Source: a virus (Duplodnaviria > Caudoviricetes). Taken from it: DNA of 64,000 nucleotides. The stretch is from positions 1 to 64,000 of the IMG/VR virus record IMGVR_UViG_2895374923_000003; one strand, written 5' to 3'. Positions 35,524 to 45,711 of the stretch are shown in pieces; within the stretch, counting starts at the first letter, position 1, and each line of letters begins with the position of its first letter. Position numbers and translations under genes: made by a program. The notes beneath the pieces were generated by a model, which saw nothing but the letters and a program-made list of their open reading frames with translations, did no database searches and was not told where the DNA came from.

Positions 35524-37203
35524 TTGCCGTTGGGTGTGCTCACCATCACGCTGCACTCCTACCAAGACCAGGCCGTCGAGAGGTTCACCGAACGCGGCTC
35601 GCTGCTGCTGGCCTTCGAGATGGGCCTCGGCAAGACCGTCACGGCCATCGCAGTGGCCGAGGAACTGCTCGGCCGAGGCGACATCACCTCCGCGCTGATC
35701 GTCGTCCCGTCCGGGCTCAAACTCCAGTGGGCCGCCTCCATCGCCCGCTTCACCGACGTCGCCGACACCGAACTGGTCGTGGCGGGCGAACCGATCGTCG
35801 TCCCGGAGGAGCGCTACTGCACGGTGATCGACGGCAGCCCGGCCGTACGGCAGGCGGCCTGGGCACGGATGGAACACCAGCGGCCCGACTACGTCATCGC
35901 CTCCTACGACACCGTCGTGGCCGACCTGCGCATCCTTCGCCGGCTGGGGTTCGACCTGGTGGTGCTGGATGAGGCGACTGCGATCAAATCGTTTAAGGCC
36001 AAGCGGTCCAAGGCGATCAAGAAGCTCACCGCGCCCTACCGGCTCGCGCTGACCGGCACGCCGGTCGACAACCGGCTCGAAGAGCTGTTCTCGATCATGG
36101 AGTGGGTCGACCCTGACGTCCTGGGCGACTTCGTCGCCTACGACCGGGCCTACATCCGGCGCGACACCTGGGGCAACGTTAAGGGCTACCGCAACATGAA
36201 GACCTTGCACGCCAAGATCGCACCGGCCCTGGTCCGCAAGCGCACCACCGACGCCGACGTCGCGCCGTACATGCCCGCCGTGGAAGAACGCACCCGAATG
36301 ATCGAGATGGAGCCCGCCACCGCAGCCGTCTACCAGCAGATATCAGCCGACCTGCTGGCCGAGTTGGAGCAGCTCGGGCCCACCGCGGAATGGGATCCCA
36401 GCGCCTACTACGCAGGCCGGGAGGAGAACACGCTCGCCGGTCGGGTCATGGCCGTGCACACCGCCGCGCAGATGCTGCTGGTCCAGCCCGACCTCGTGCG
36501 CGCCAGCGCGGCCAACTACGCCAAGGCCGAACACCTGCGGACCCGGCCCGGAGCCCCGAAGGTCCTTCCCGGCAGCAAATACTGCTTCGACCTGGTTGCC
36601 TCCGGCGCGGTCGACGGCATGAGCGAGGGCGCCAAGATGGCCGCCCTGCGGCAGGAGATGCGCGACCTGCTGACGAATTCAGAAGCGAAAGCCATTCTCG
36701 TTTCCCGCTTTACAGGAATGCTAAACATCGTCCAGAAGATGTTTCCTGACGTGGAACTGGTCACCTACCATGGCGAGATGACGCCGGGGGAGAAGCAGGC
36801 GGCCGTCGCCAAGTTCCAGTCCGACCCCAGTGTGCGGATCTTCGCCATGAGCCACGCAGGCGCCTACGGCGTCGACCTGCCCGCGGCAAGCCACCTGATC
36901 CTGCTCGACCCGCCCCGCTCGGCGGGCCAGTACCGACAGATCACCGCGCGCCATGTCCGCGCCTCCTCCCGGCACAGCAGGGTGTGCGTGCTCCGGCTGA
37001 TCACCGCAGCCAGCATCGAAGTGCGCGAGTACGAGCGCCTGGCGCTCAAGGGCCGCGTGGGCGAGGCGGCCGTGGACGGGCGCGGCGCCGACCATCAGGG
37101 CCGGATCGACAACGACGTGACCTCCCTCACCTCGCACCTGGGGGAGGTGCTGGCAGCCGGAGCCGAAAGCCCTCGTCAGCAGGCTGGCGCACTCTCGCAC
37201 TAG
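35524..37203 (+). CDS. SNF2-family (SF2) helicase
   Basis: EMGLGKT, VVLDEATAIK, ALTGTPVDN, AGAYGVDL motifs. Confidence 0.92.
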   Translation: MPLGVLTITLHSYQDQAVERFTERGSLLLAFEMGLGKTVTAIAVAEELLGRGDITSALIVVPSGLKLQWAASIARFTDVADTELVVAGEPIVVPEERYCTVIDGSPAVRQAAWARMEHQRPDYVIASYDTVVADLRILRRLGFDLVVLDEATAIKSFKAKRSKAIKKLTAPYRLALTGTPVDNRLEELFSIMEWVDPDVLGDFVAYDRAYIRRDTWGNVKGYRNMKTLHAKIAPALVRKRTTDADVAPYMPAVEERTRMIEMEPATAAVYQQISADLLAELEQLGPTAEWDPSAYYAGREENTLAGRVMAVHTAAQMLLVQPDLVRASAANYAKAEHLRTRPGAPKVLPGSKYCFDLVASGAVDGMSEGAKMAALRQEMRDLLTNSEAKAILVSRFTGMLNIVQKMFPDVELVTYHGEMTPGEKQAAVAKFQSDPSVRIFAMSHAGAYGVDLPAASHLILLDPPRSAGQYRQITARHVRASSRHSRVCVLRLITAASIEVREYERLALKGRVGEAAVDGRGADHQGRIDNDVTSLTSHLGEVLAAGAESPRQQAGALSH

Positions 37204-37341
37204 CATGAGCGAAAGTAGTAAACAAAGTAGCGCTGTCAAAGATTATTTGACGATTATTGGGTAGTAACGTTGTGGACGGCCAAGATGTCTGGTTAGGGTC
37301 TTCCCTATCCAACCCCGACATATTCATCGAGGTGAGACATC

Positions 37342-37812
37342 GTGCGCAGGGTGACACGAACCGCCCCAGCCGAACCCGCCACCCCCGACCACGCCCCCCA
37401 GCGGGCCGAGCGGCTCTTCCGCCAGTGGGCCACCCTGCGCGAGCAAGCCGCTCAGATCGACAACCGTGTCAAGGCGCTCCGGGCCGACCTGCTCGACCTT
37501 GCCGCCCACCACGGCGACGAAGACGCCAAGGGGCACATGACGATCACCCTCGACCAGCCGTACGAGGGCGACAGAACCTACTCCGGCTTCGTCCGCGAGA
37601 AACGTGTCTCCATGACCGTCAACGAGGAGCGCGCCCGCACATTGGCACGCTCCAAAGGGCCTGACGTCGAAAAACGCGTCTTCCGCCACGAGGTCATCGA
37701 GGTCCTGGACCAAGACGAGCTCTACGCGCTCCAGCAAGAAGACGTCCTGACCACCGACGAGCTCGACTCCCTCATCGACACGACCATCACCTACGCCCTG
37801 AAGGGAATCTGA
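37342..37812 (+). CDS. Hypothetical protein (coiled-coil N-terminus)
   Basis: 156 aa after AT-rich intergenic region, GAGG RBS. Confidence 0.7.
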   Translation: MRRVTRTAPAEPATPDHAPQRAERLFRQWATLREQAAQIDNRVKALRADLLDLAAHHGDEDAKGHMTITLDQPYEGDRTYSGFVREKRVSMTVNEERARTLARSKGPDVEKRVFRHEVIEVLDQDELYALQQEDVLTTDELDSLIDTTITYALKGI

Positions 37813-37819
37813 GCCCCCC

Positions 37820-38341
37820 GTGATGAGCACCACCCGCCCGGGAGCGCGCCAGCCCACCCGACCCGGCAACCGCACCGACTCCAGCCGCCCGGGCGCACCC
37901 CGCACCACACCCGCACGACCCGCCGCACACCTACCACCCGCGGGAAACGAAACCCCCATCCCCGCCTCCTGGCAGCGGCCCGCCGAGCTCGACGACCCGC
38001 TGGAGGGCAAGAAGCCTCGCGTCTACAAGGTCCGCGGCATCGACACCGACTTCTTCACCGTCGGCCAACTCGCCGACGTCCTGGGCCGCAAGGCCGTCAC
38101 CATCCGCAAGTGGGAGCGCGAAGGCATCCTGCCCCACCCCCAGTACCGCTTCACCGGCAAGGACACCCGCGGCTCCCGGCGCCTCTACACCCGCGCCCAG
38201 GTCCTGGAAATCCGCCAGATCGCCCAGGACGAGGGAATCCTCGAACCCCACTCCCGGCCGATCAAGCACACCCGCTTCACCGAGCGCGTCCTGGCCATGT
38301 TCCGCGAACACCAGGCCCGCTCCCGGAAGGTCTCCACCTGA
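37820..38341 (+). CDS. MerR-type HTH DNA-binding protein
   Basis: FTVGQLADVLGRKAVTIRKWEREGILP...RRLYTRAQV. Confidence 0.85.
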   Translation: MMSTTRPGARQPTRPGNRTDSSRPGAPRTTPARPAAHLPPAGNETPIPASWQRPAELDDPLEGKKPRVYKVRGIDTDFFTVGQLADVLGRKAVTIRKWEREGILPHPQYRFTGKDTRGSRRLYTRAQVLEIRQIAQDEGILEPHSRPIKHTRFTERVLAMFREHQARSRKVST

Positions 38342-38342
38342 C

Positions 38343-38600
38343 ATGCAGGTCACCTACACCCAGCGCCACCACGTCAACATGGGCGCCTACGAGTGGATCG
38401 AATACACCGCCTCGGCCACCGTCTTCGACACCGACTTCCCCGACGCCGACAACGTCGAGCTCGGCGACCTCCTGATCACCGCACGCGAGCAGGTGCAGCA
38501 GACCCTGGCCGCCGACATCGCGCGAGCCACCAGCCTGACCACCGAGAACGAGTCATACGTCCACGTCCTGGCCGAGCAGAACACCCAGAACATCCACTAA
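38343..38600 (+). CDS. Hypothetical protein
   Basis: 85 aa, tightly packed in operon. Confidence 0.7.
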   Translation: MQVTYTQRHHVNMGAYEWIEYTASATVFDTDFPDADNVELGDLLITAREQVQQTLAADIARATSLTTENESYVHVLAEQNTQNIH

Positions 38601-38617
38601 CGAAAGGGCACCCCCAC

Positions 38618-39358
38618 ATGGCCCGCGCTCTCAAGCGCCGCACCTCCACCGAGCAGACCACCGAGCCCGAGGAGAAGGAAGCCAGCCAGCGCCGACACCC
38701 CGCCTCCCGGCCCGCGGGCCGCACCGACTCCCGCCGTCCAGCAGGCCGCACGAGCGCCGGAGCCTCCGGCGGCTGGGACGCCCTGCGCAACCAGGCCAAG
38801 GCATCGGCCGGCTTCGCCGACACCTTCAAGGTCGGCTCCGACGAGATCGTCTTCAAGTTCGCCCAGACCGAGCCGTTCGCCGTCTTCGCCTGGCACTGGC
38901 TGGAACAAGCCCAGGGCAAGAAGGGCTTCGTCTGCCACGCAGAAGACTGCCCCCTGTGCGAGCAGCTCGGTGACAGCCCCCGCACCCAGGTCCTGTTCAA
39001 CGTCATCGAGATGCCCTACCGCGACAGCAACGGCAACGACGTGGGCGAACCGGAGATGAAGATCTGGGCCTGCGGCGTACGGCTGGCCGAGAAGATCCGC
39101 ACCCTGTCCCAGAACACCAAGACCAGCCCCATCGACCGCGACGACCTCTACTGGTCAGTCTCCCGCTCCGGCAAGGGCACCAAGACCGAATACAACCTGG
39201 TCCCCATCAAGGAACGCGACCTCGTCGCCGAATGGGCCGTCACCCCCCTCACCGAGGAGGACCTGGCCGAGCTACGCGAGGCCGTCCACGGCTTCGAGAA
39301 CTACACCAAGACCGACAGCCGCGAAGACCTCGAAGAGCTCGTGGACGAGCTCACCTAA
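38618..39358 (+). CDS. Single-stranded DNA-binding protein (gp32-like)
   Basis: HWL...FVC...CPLC Zn ligands, VSRSGKGTKTEY, acidic C-terminus; upstream of polymerase. Confidence 0.75.
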   Translation: MARALKRRTSTEQTTEPEEKEASQRRHPASRPAGRTDSRRPAGRTSAGASGGWDALRNQAKASAGFADTFKVGSDEIVFKFAQTEPFAVFAWHWLEQAQGKKGFVCHAEDCPLCEQLGDSPRTQVLFNVIEMPYRDSNGNDVGEPEMKIWACGVRLAEKIRTLSQNTKTSPIDRDDLYWSVSRSGKGTKTEYNLVPIKERDLVAEWAVTPLTEEDLAELREAVHGFENYTKTDSREDLEELVDELT

Positions 39359-39395
39359 CCCACCAAACACCAGGGGCTACCAACCCCAGCAAGCG

Positions 39396-39437
39396 GCAGG
39401 CCGCCGTCCCAGGGCTCACACCGGGGCGGCGGCCTGC
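39396..39437 (+). terminator. Hairpin between SSB and polymerase
   Basis: GCAGGCCGCCGTCCC/GGGGCGGCGGCCTGC stem. Confidence 0.6.
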
Positions 39438-39477
39438 GCCACCTCACCGACCAACCACCGAAGGGCCCACCACGCCC

Positions 39478-41430
39478 ATGCGCCCCAGCTCCACCGTGGT
39501 GCTCACCCCCGAGCACCTCGACCACGTCATCGGCCACTTCTCCCGCCACGACGCCTTCGCCTTCGACACCGAGACGACCGGAGACAACCGGCTCATCCCC
39601 GCACAGAACAAGGTCATCTGGCTGTCCATGGCCACCCACGGCATGGCCGTGTCGATCCCCATGGGCCACCCCATCGGCAACCGCATCGAGCGCTACGACA
39701 CCCAGCCGCGCCTGCTGGCCAACGGCAGGATCCGCCGCGACAAGGTCCCCGTCTGGGAAGCCCCACCCGCCCAGCTTCGCCCCTCCCAGGTCTGGGAGAA
39801 ATGCTGGCCCCTGTTCGACTCCGACCGAACCAAGATCGCCCACAACTTCGTGTTCGACGGTATCTCCATCGCCAAGTACAACGGCGAGCGCATCGTCCCC
39901 CCGCCCTACGCCGACACCCGCGTCATGGGCCACCTGCTGGACGAAAACCGCCAGAACGGCCTCAAGGCCCTGGTCAAGGAGCTCTACCAGGTCGACTACG
40001 ACAAAGAGAACGTCGGCAAGTGCGTCGAGCAGCACCCCTTCCACAAGGTCGCCCGCTACGCCTACATGGACGCCAAGTACACCTGGCTCCTCTACCACCG
40101 CTTCGCCGAACTCATCGACCAGCTCGGCATCGGCGACCTGCGCGACCTCGAGCACACCCTCATCACCGAGCTGCTGGATGCCGCCCACCACGGCGCACCC
40201 CTCGAAGCCGACGTCCTGACCACCTTCGGCGCCGAGCTCGCCGGCCGCATCGTCGCCATCGAGGGCGACATCTACGCCACCGCCGGACGCCGGTTCAACC
40301 TCAACAGCCCCAAGCAGAAGGCCGAGATCCTCTACCTGCCCAAGAGCGAGGGCGGCCTCGGCCTCAAGCCCAGCGCGCTCACCCCGGGAGGCAAGAAGAA
40401 GGAACGCGCCCGACAGCCAGTCACCATCTACGACTACTCCACCGACGCCGACGCCCTCAAGCCGCACGCCCGCGTCCCGCTCGTGGCCCGCCTCCTGGAC
40501 TACCAAAAGGACGTCAAACTCAAGACCACCTACGTGGACGGCCTGGTCGGCACCGACACCAAGCCCGGCATCGTCTTCGACGGCCGCGTGTACGGGAGCT
40601 TCAACCAGTCCGGCACCGCCACCGGCCGCTTCTCCAGCTCCGGCCCGAACCTCCAGAACATCCCCGTGCGCACCGCCGACGGCAAGCGCATCCGCGGCGC
40701 ATTCCGCGCCGATGACGGCTGGTCCCTGGTCGTCGGCGACCAAGGCCAGATCGAACTCGTCTTGACCGCCCACTTCATCGGCCAGGGAGCCCTGTTCGAG
40801 GGCTTCCACGCCGGGATCGACCCCCACACCATGACCGCCGCCATGGTGTTCGGCGTCGCCCCCGATGACGTCGCCAAGGACATGCGCCAGGTCGCCAAGG
40901 GCCTCAACTTTGCCATCATCTACATGGCTGGACCCGCCACCGTCGCCGACATGGCCGGGATCACCGAGAAGCAGGCCCGCGCCCACATGAAGACGCACGC
41001 GGCCCAGTTCCCCGAGATCTACCAGTACCGTGCCGAGTGCATCAGCCAGGCCCGGCGAGCCGAACCCACCCCGCACGTGCGGACCATCCTCGGCCGCTAC
41101 CGCCGCCTGCCCGACCTGCGCAGTGCCGACGACGGCCGCCGCGCCAAGGCCGAGCGCCAGACCTTCAACTCCAAGATCCAGGGTTCGAGCGCGGACCTGA
41201 TCAAACTGTCGATCAACCGCCTCGGCCCCCGGCTGCGGGCCCTGCCTGAGCCCGCGCACCTGATCCTCACCGTCCACGACGAGCTCGTCATCCATACCCC
41301 CACCCACCAGGCGCCGCTGGTCGAGGCCGCGATGCGCCAGGCCATGCTCGGCGAGGGCATCCAGCGCCTGCTGTCGGTCCCGCTCACCGTCGACACCTCG
41401 ATCGTCCAGCGCTGGTCGGAGGCCAAGTGA
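39478..41430 (+). CDS. polA: Family A DNA polymerase with 3'-5' exonuclease
   Basis: ExoI FDTET, ExoII HNFVFD, ExoIII YAYMDA; TGRFSSSGPNLQNIP; motifs DQGQIE, KGLNF...Y, VHDE. Confidence 0.96.
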   Translation: MRPSSTVVLTPEHLDHVIGHFSRHDAFAFDTETTGDNRLIPAQNKVIWLSMATHGMAVSIPMGHPIGNRIERYDTQPRLLANGRIRRDKVPVWEAPPAQLRPSQVWEKCWPLFDSDRTKIAHNFVFDGISIAKYNGERIVPPPYADTRVMGHLLDENRQNGLKALVKELYQVDYDKENVGKCVEQHPFHKVARYAYMDAKYTWLLYHRFAELIDQLGIGDLRDLEHTLITELLDAAHHGAPLEADVLTTFGAELAGRIVAIEGDIYATAGRRFNLNSPKQKAEILYLPKSEGGLGLKPSALTPGGKKKERARQPVTIYDYSTDADALKPHARVPLVARLLDYQKDVKLKTTYVDGLVGTDTKPGIVFDGRVYGSFNQSGTATGRFSSSGPNLQNIPVRTADGKRIRGAFRADDGWSLVVGDQGQIELVLTAHFIGQGALFEGFHAGIDPHTMTAAMVFGVAPDDVAKDMRQVAKGLNFAIIYMAGPATVADMAGITEKQARAHMKTHAAQFPEIYQYRAECISQARRAEPTPHVRTILGRYRRLPDLRSADDGRRAKAERQTFNSKIQGSSADLIKLSINRLGPRLRALPEPAHLILTVHDELVIHTPTHQAPLVEAAMRQAMLGEGIQRLLSVPLTVDTSIVQRWSEAK

Positions 41431-41828
41431 GCCACGACAACCCTCTGCACGGCCTGGACTGGACGCCCCTGCTCAAGCACCGCCTGGTGTGGGACCTGGT
41501 GCCCTCCCGCAAGACCGAGAAGGTCATGCGCCAGCTCGGCATGGTGCCCCCTAGCACCGACGCCGCGCCGGAAATGTACCTCGAATCCAAGCGGCGGCTA
41601 TTTCGCGTCGCGCCCCTCCTGAAAGACGTCACCGCACTATCTACGCTCTCTGCCGAAATCCTGATTGCCACTATCCTGGGTGACACGGCCGAAGAAGTCC
41701 CAGCAGAAATCCGCGAGGCGCTGGCGACACAATATGGCGAAGTCATCCGGGTCGGCGCGTTGGTCATCATCGCCAATCTCCTCGACACAGGAGTAATTAC
41801 CTTCCCGGAAAGGAACGGCCGTGAATAA
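41427..41828 (+). CDS. Hypothetical protein
   Basis: 133 aa, GTGA overlap. Confidence 0.7.
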   Translation: MSHDNPLHGLDWTPLLKHRLVWDLVPSRKTEKVMRQLGMVPPSTDAAPEMYLESKRRLFRVAPLLKDVTALSTLSAEILIATILGDTAEEVPAEIREALATQYGEVIRVGALVIIANLLDTGVITFPERNGRE

Positions 41829-42237
41829 CTTCTGGGCCCGCAAGCTGGCCGCCGCACAAGGCCAGCAGCCGCCGCAGGCGCAGACCCCCGCCTCGCCCCC
41901 GGCCGCCAGCGCAGCCCGGCCGTGGTGGGACCCCTCCCCCGCGGCCCCGCTACCCCCGCCGCTCGAGCAGCCCGCGCTCGCGCAGGACTATCAGGCCCCG
42001 GCCGCGGCCAAGTCCGCCAGGCTCACCGACACCTGCCCGGACTGCGCCAGCGGCAACTACATGCGTCCACCCGGCTCCCAGGCCGCGATGCGCTGCTTCG
42101 ACTGTGGCTATCCCGTCGTCCAGACCGGCAGCGGCGCAGGCGGGGCGACCACCCCGGGGCAGCCGGCCACCCCTGCCCGTCAGGTCCACGACGGCACCAG
42201 CAACTTCAACCCCCGGCAGATCATCGGCCGCGTCTAG
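41821..42237 (+). CDS. Pro/Ala-rich zinc-ribbon protein
   Basis: CPDC...CFDC. Confidence 0.7.
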   Translation: MNNFWARKLAAAQGQQPPQAQTPASPPAASAARPWWDPSPAAPLPPPLEQPALAQDYQAPAAAKSARLTDTCPDCASGNYMRPPGSQAAMRCFDCGYPVVQTGSGAGGATTPGQPATPARQVHDGTSNFNPRQIIGRV

Positions 42238-42282
42238 GCCGACCTGCCGCCGATTGCGAAACCCCTGCTAAGGACATCCCTC

Positions 42283-44217
42283 TTGACCATCCTCAACCCC
42301 GACGGCTCTCTCAAGGATCCCTTCCGCAACTACATCGCCCTGTCGCGCTACTCCCGCTGGCTGGAGGAGGAGCGCAGGCGAGAGACCTGGGGCGAGACCG
42401 TCGACCGCTACCTGACCTTCATGACCGGCCACCTCAAGCGCAACCACGGCTACGTCCCCGACAGCGACCTGCTCCTGGAGATCCGCGAAGCGATCTGCGA
42501 GCACCAGGTCTTCCCCAGCATGCGGGCCCTCATGACCGCCGGTCCCGCCCTGCACGAGTCGTCGATCGGCGCCTACAACTGCGCCTACCTGCCGATCAAC
42601 GACATCAAGGCGTTCGCCGAAGTGCTGTTCATCCTTATGCACGGCACAGGAGTGGGGTTCTCCTGCGAGCATGCCGAGATCAACCAGCTCCCCGCCGTCC
42701 CCGCGCTGCACCGCACGATGGACGGGGTAGAGATCGTCGTCCCGGACAACAAGCTCGGCTGGGCGACCAGCTTCGAGACCCTGCTGACCCTCATGTGGCG
42801 CGACGGCGTGATCCCCACCTGGAACCTGTCGGCCGTCCGGCCCAAGGGCGCACGACTGCGCACCTTCGGCGGCAGGGCCAGCGGCCTCGAACCGTTGAAT
42901 GAGCTGTTCTCCTACACCGTCAACCTGCTCAGCACGGCCCAGGGACGCAAGCTCACCGCGCTGGAAGTCCACGATCTGGTCTGCAAGATCGCATCCGTCG
43001 TCCAGGCGGGCGGCGTTCGGCGCAGCGCCCTGATCTCCCTGTCCGACCTCGCCGACCGGCCGATGGCCCTGGCCAAGTCGGGGGAGTGGTGGAACGCAGC
43101 AGGTCAACGGGCGTTCGCGAACAACTCCGCGGTGTACGCCGAGCCGATCTCCAAGACCGACTTCGACCGCGAGTGGGCCGACCTGGTAGCCAGCGGCTCG
43201 GGCGAGCGCGGCATCTTCAACCGCAGCGCCGCCCGACGCCAGGCATCGCGCTGGGGCCGCCGGGACGCCCACACCGCCTACGGCGGAAACCCCTGCATGG
43301 AGATCCTCCTCAGGCCGCATGAGTTCTGCAATCTGTCCTCGGTGGTGGCCCGGCCTGGCGACGACGCCTCTCGCCTGCGGCGTAAGGTCGAGCTCGCCGC
43401 CATCCTCGGCACCTGGCAGAGCACCTTGATCAACTTCCCCTACCTGCGCGCCGACTGGCGGGCCAACTGCGAGGCCGAGCGGCTGCTGGGCGTCTCCCTC
43501 AACGGCATCTTCGGCAACGAACTGCTGCGCGAGCAGGGCCCGGACCTGGCCGACCTGCTGGACAGCTTGCGGGCAGCCGCCCGCCAGACCAACGAGCACC
43601 TGGCGGCCGAGCTCGGTATCAACCCGGCCGCCGCCATCACCTGCGTCAAGCCCGAGGGCAACAGCTCCCAGCTCGCCGGCGTCTCCTCCGCCCTGCACCC
43701 CTGGTACGCGCCGACCGGCTACATCCGCACCGTCCGCGCCGACACCAAGGACCCGCTCGCCCAGCTCATGCTCGACGCCGGGGTGCCCTGCGAGAGCGAC
43801 TTGGCCCAGCCGGACACCGGCCTGGTCTTCGCCTTCCCCATCGACGTCCCGGCCGACGCGGTCACCCGCGAGGACCTCACCGCCCTTGAGCACCTGGAGC
43901 TCTGGCTGACCTACAAGCGCCACTGGTGCGAGCACACCCCCAGCGTCACCGTTAGCGTCCGCGACCACGAGTGGCCGGACGTCGGCGCATGGGTGTGGGA
44001 CTACCTGGACGACATCACCGGCGTCTCCTTCCTGCCGCACTCCGACCACGTCTACCAGCAGGCGCCCTACCAGCCCATCACTGCCGAAGGGCTGGCCGCC
44101 GCCAAGGCCGCTATGCCGTCCATCCGCTGGGCCGATCTCGTCTTCTACGAAACCGAAGACCACACCGAAGGCGCTCGCGAATTCGCCTGTGTTTCCGGAG
44201 CCTGTGACACGCTCTAA
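42283..44217 (+). CDS. nrdJ: Class II (B12-dependent, monomeric RTPR-type) ribonucleotide reductase
   Basis: PSMRALMTAG, YNCAY, GGVRRSALI, NPCMEI...FCNL, TCVKPEG, C-terminal ACVSGAC. Confidence 0.95.
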   Translation: MTILNPDGSLKDPFRNYIALSRYSRWLEEERRRETWGETVDRYLTFMTGHLKRNHGYVPDSDLLLEIREAICEHQVFPSMRALMTAGPALHESSIGAYNCAYLPINDIKAFAEVLFILMHGTGVGFSCEHAEINQLPAVPALHRTMDGVEIVVPDNKLGWATSFETLLTLMWRDGVIPTWNLSAVRPKGARLRTFGGRASGLEPLNELFSYTVNLLSTAQGRKLTALEVHDLVCKIASVVQAGGVRRSALISLSDLADRPMALAKSGEWWNAAGQRAFANNSAVYAEPISKTDFDREWADLVASGSGERGIFNRSAARRQASRWGRRDAHTAYGGNPCMEILLRPHEFCNLSSVVARPGDDASRLRRKVELAAILGTWQSTLINFPYLRADWRANCEAERLLGVSLNGIFGNELLREQGPDLADLLDSLRAAARQTNEHLAAELGINPAAAITCVKPEGNSSQLAGVSSALHPWYAPTGYIRTVRADTKDPLAQLMLDAGVPCESDLAQPDTGLVFAFPIDVPADAVTREDLTALEHLELWLTYKRHWCEHTPSVTVSVRDHEWPDVGAWVWDYLDDITGVSFLPHSDHVYQQAPYQPITAEGLAAAKAAMPSIRWADLVFYETEDHTEGAREFACVSGACDTL

Positions 44218-44284
44218 TCGCAGGCGGGAAATTGGCCTAGCAACTCCGAAAACAATCGTGGCACCTTAGTTAATACATTGGTTG

Positions 44285-44336
44285 AGGCCGTATCCGGGAT
44301 TCGCATAGCGTTCCCGCGTACGGCCTTTACTTATTT
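44285..44336 (+). terminator. Long hairpin plus U-rich tract upstream of recA
   Basis: AGGCCGTA..CGGGA..CGC ATA GCG.TCCCG..TACGGCCT then TTACTTATTT. Confidence 0.6.
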
Positions 44337-44409
44337 GCGAGAATTCGGAGAATGAATTGCCGGGGTCACATTCACAACCGACAGCCGGGCTGGTCAGCAG
44401 GGGAGCCCA

Positions 44410-45492
44410 GTGACCAGTCACGCCTCCCTGCCCATCGAGGCCCGCAGCCTCATCGCCCAGATCAACAAGAAGCACGGCGAGGGCGCCCTCGTCACCGGCT
44501 CGGAGATGTCGGTCCCGGCCCGTTACACCTCCGGCTCGATCGGCCTGGATGTGATCCTCGGCGGGGGATGGCCCGCCAACCAGTGGGCTGAAGTGATCGG
44601 CAAGGAGAGCCAGGGCAAGACCTTCATCGCCCTCAAGACGGTCGCCGCCAACCAGCAGCGCGACCCCAAGTTCACCACCCTGTGGATCGCCGCCGAGCAC
44701 TTCGACGTCGACCAGGCCCACGCCCTCGGCGTCGACACCGACCGCGTGATCGTGATGCCCACCCAGGACATGGAGCTGGCCTTCGAGACGATGCTGTCGT
44801 TCGCCGCCTCCAAGAGCATCGACCTGATCGTGCTCGACTCCTACCCCGCCCTGATCCCCGGCGAAGAGGCCGACAAGACGATGGAGGACGCCGTCGTCGC
44901 CGTCGGAGCCCGCCTGGTGGGCAAGTTCTTCCGCAAGATGGGCGCCGCCTCCAAGCGCGCCCTGGACGGCACCGAGCGGCCCATGTTCGGGCTGATCATC
45001 AACCAGTACCGGGACGCGATCGGCCAGTTCTCCCCGCACGGCACCCCCCAGACGACCCCCGGCGGCAAGGCGAAGAACTACTTCTACTACGTCCGCCTGG
45101 AGGTCAAGCGCGACGAGTTCATCGACGAGGCCCGCCACGGCAAAGGCAAGACCCGCGTCGGCCAGACCGTCAAGCTGCGCACCCTGAAGAACAAGGCCGC
45201 CAGCCCCGGCCAGGTCGCCTCCCTGGACGTGTACTTCCGCGACGCCCCCAACCTCGGCTTCCTGCGCGGCGACTACGACAGCGCCAAGGAACTGCTCACC
45301 TACGGCGTCCTGTACGACCTGATCAAGCGGGCGGGTGCCTACTACTCCATCGGCGAGCGCCGCTGGCAAGGCAAGGACGCCCTCCTCCAGGACCTGCGCG
45401 CCGAAATCGACCTCCAGGAAAGCCTGCGCGCCGGCATCCTCGCCGCCTCCGCCAAACCCGACCGGGACCTGATCACCACGGAGGCATCATGA
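44410..45492 (+). CDS. recA: RecA-like recombinase
   Basis: TSGSIGLDVILGGGWP, GKESQGKT, IVLDS, IINQYR, TTPGGKA. Confidence 0.95.
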   Translation: MTSHASLPIEARSLIAQINKKHGEGALVTGSEMSVPARYTSGSIGLDVILGGGWPANQWAEVIGKESQGKTFIALKTVAANQQRDPKFTTLWIAAEHFDVDQAHALGVDTDRVIVMPTQDMELAFETMLSFAASKSIDLIVLDSYPALIPGEEADKTMEDAVVAVGARLVGKFFRKMGAASKRALDGTERPMFGLIINQYRDAIGQFSPHGTPQTTPGGKAKNYFYYVRLEVKRDEFIDEARHGKGKTRVGQTVKLRTLKNKAASPGQVASLDVYFRDAPNLGFLRGDYDSAKELLTYGVLYDLIKRAGAYYSIGERRWQGKDALLQDLRAEIDLQESLRAGILAASAKPDRDLITTEAS

Positions 45493-45605
45493 CCGGCCAG
45501 GACATCGGCCTCATCCTCGGCGGCATCCTGCTCTGCCTGCTGTTCGGCGACCTGATCATCGAGCTCGGCGAGCGCGTCAGGAAGAAGGCCGACCGTGGTG
45601 CATAA
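45489..45605 (+). CDS. 38-aa membrane peptide (not in track)
   Basis: ATGA overlap; IGLILGGILLCLLFG TM segment. Confidence 0.55.
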   Translation: MTGQDIGLILGGILLCLLFGDLIIELGERVRKKADRGA

Positions 45606-45711
45606 GCGCGACCGCCGCATCGAGGACGGCTGCTTTTGGATGGCCGCGGCAGGGGCGGCGCTGCTGATCCTGCTGGCCTGCGGCCTGGTCGCCCTGGCGG
45701 TGTGGTGGTGA
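45598..45711 (+). CDS. 37-aa membrane peptide (not in track)
   Basis: FWMAAAGAALLILLACGLVALAVWW; stop overlaps next GTG. Confidence 0.5.
   Translation: MHKRDRRIEDGCFWMAAAGAALLILLACGLVALAVWW

Noticed and set aside
42238-42282. Cobalamin riboswitch upstream of nrdJ
   Set aside because: The gap is only about 45 nt and shows no B12-box.
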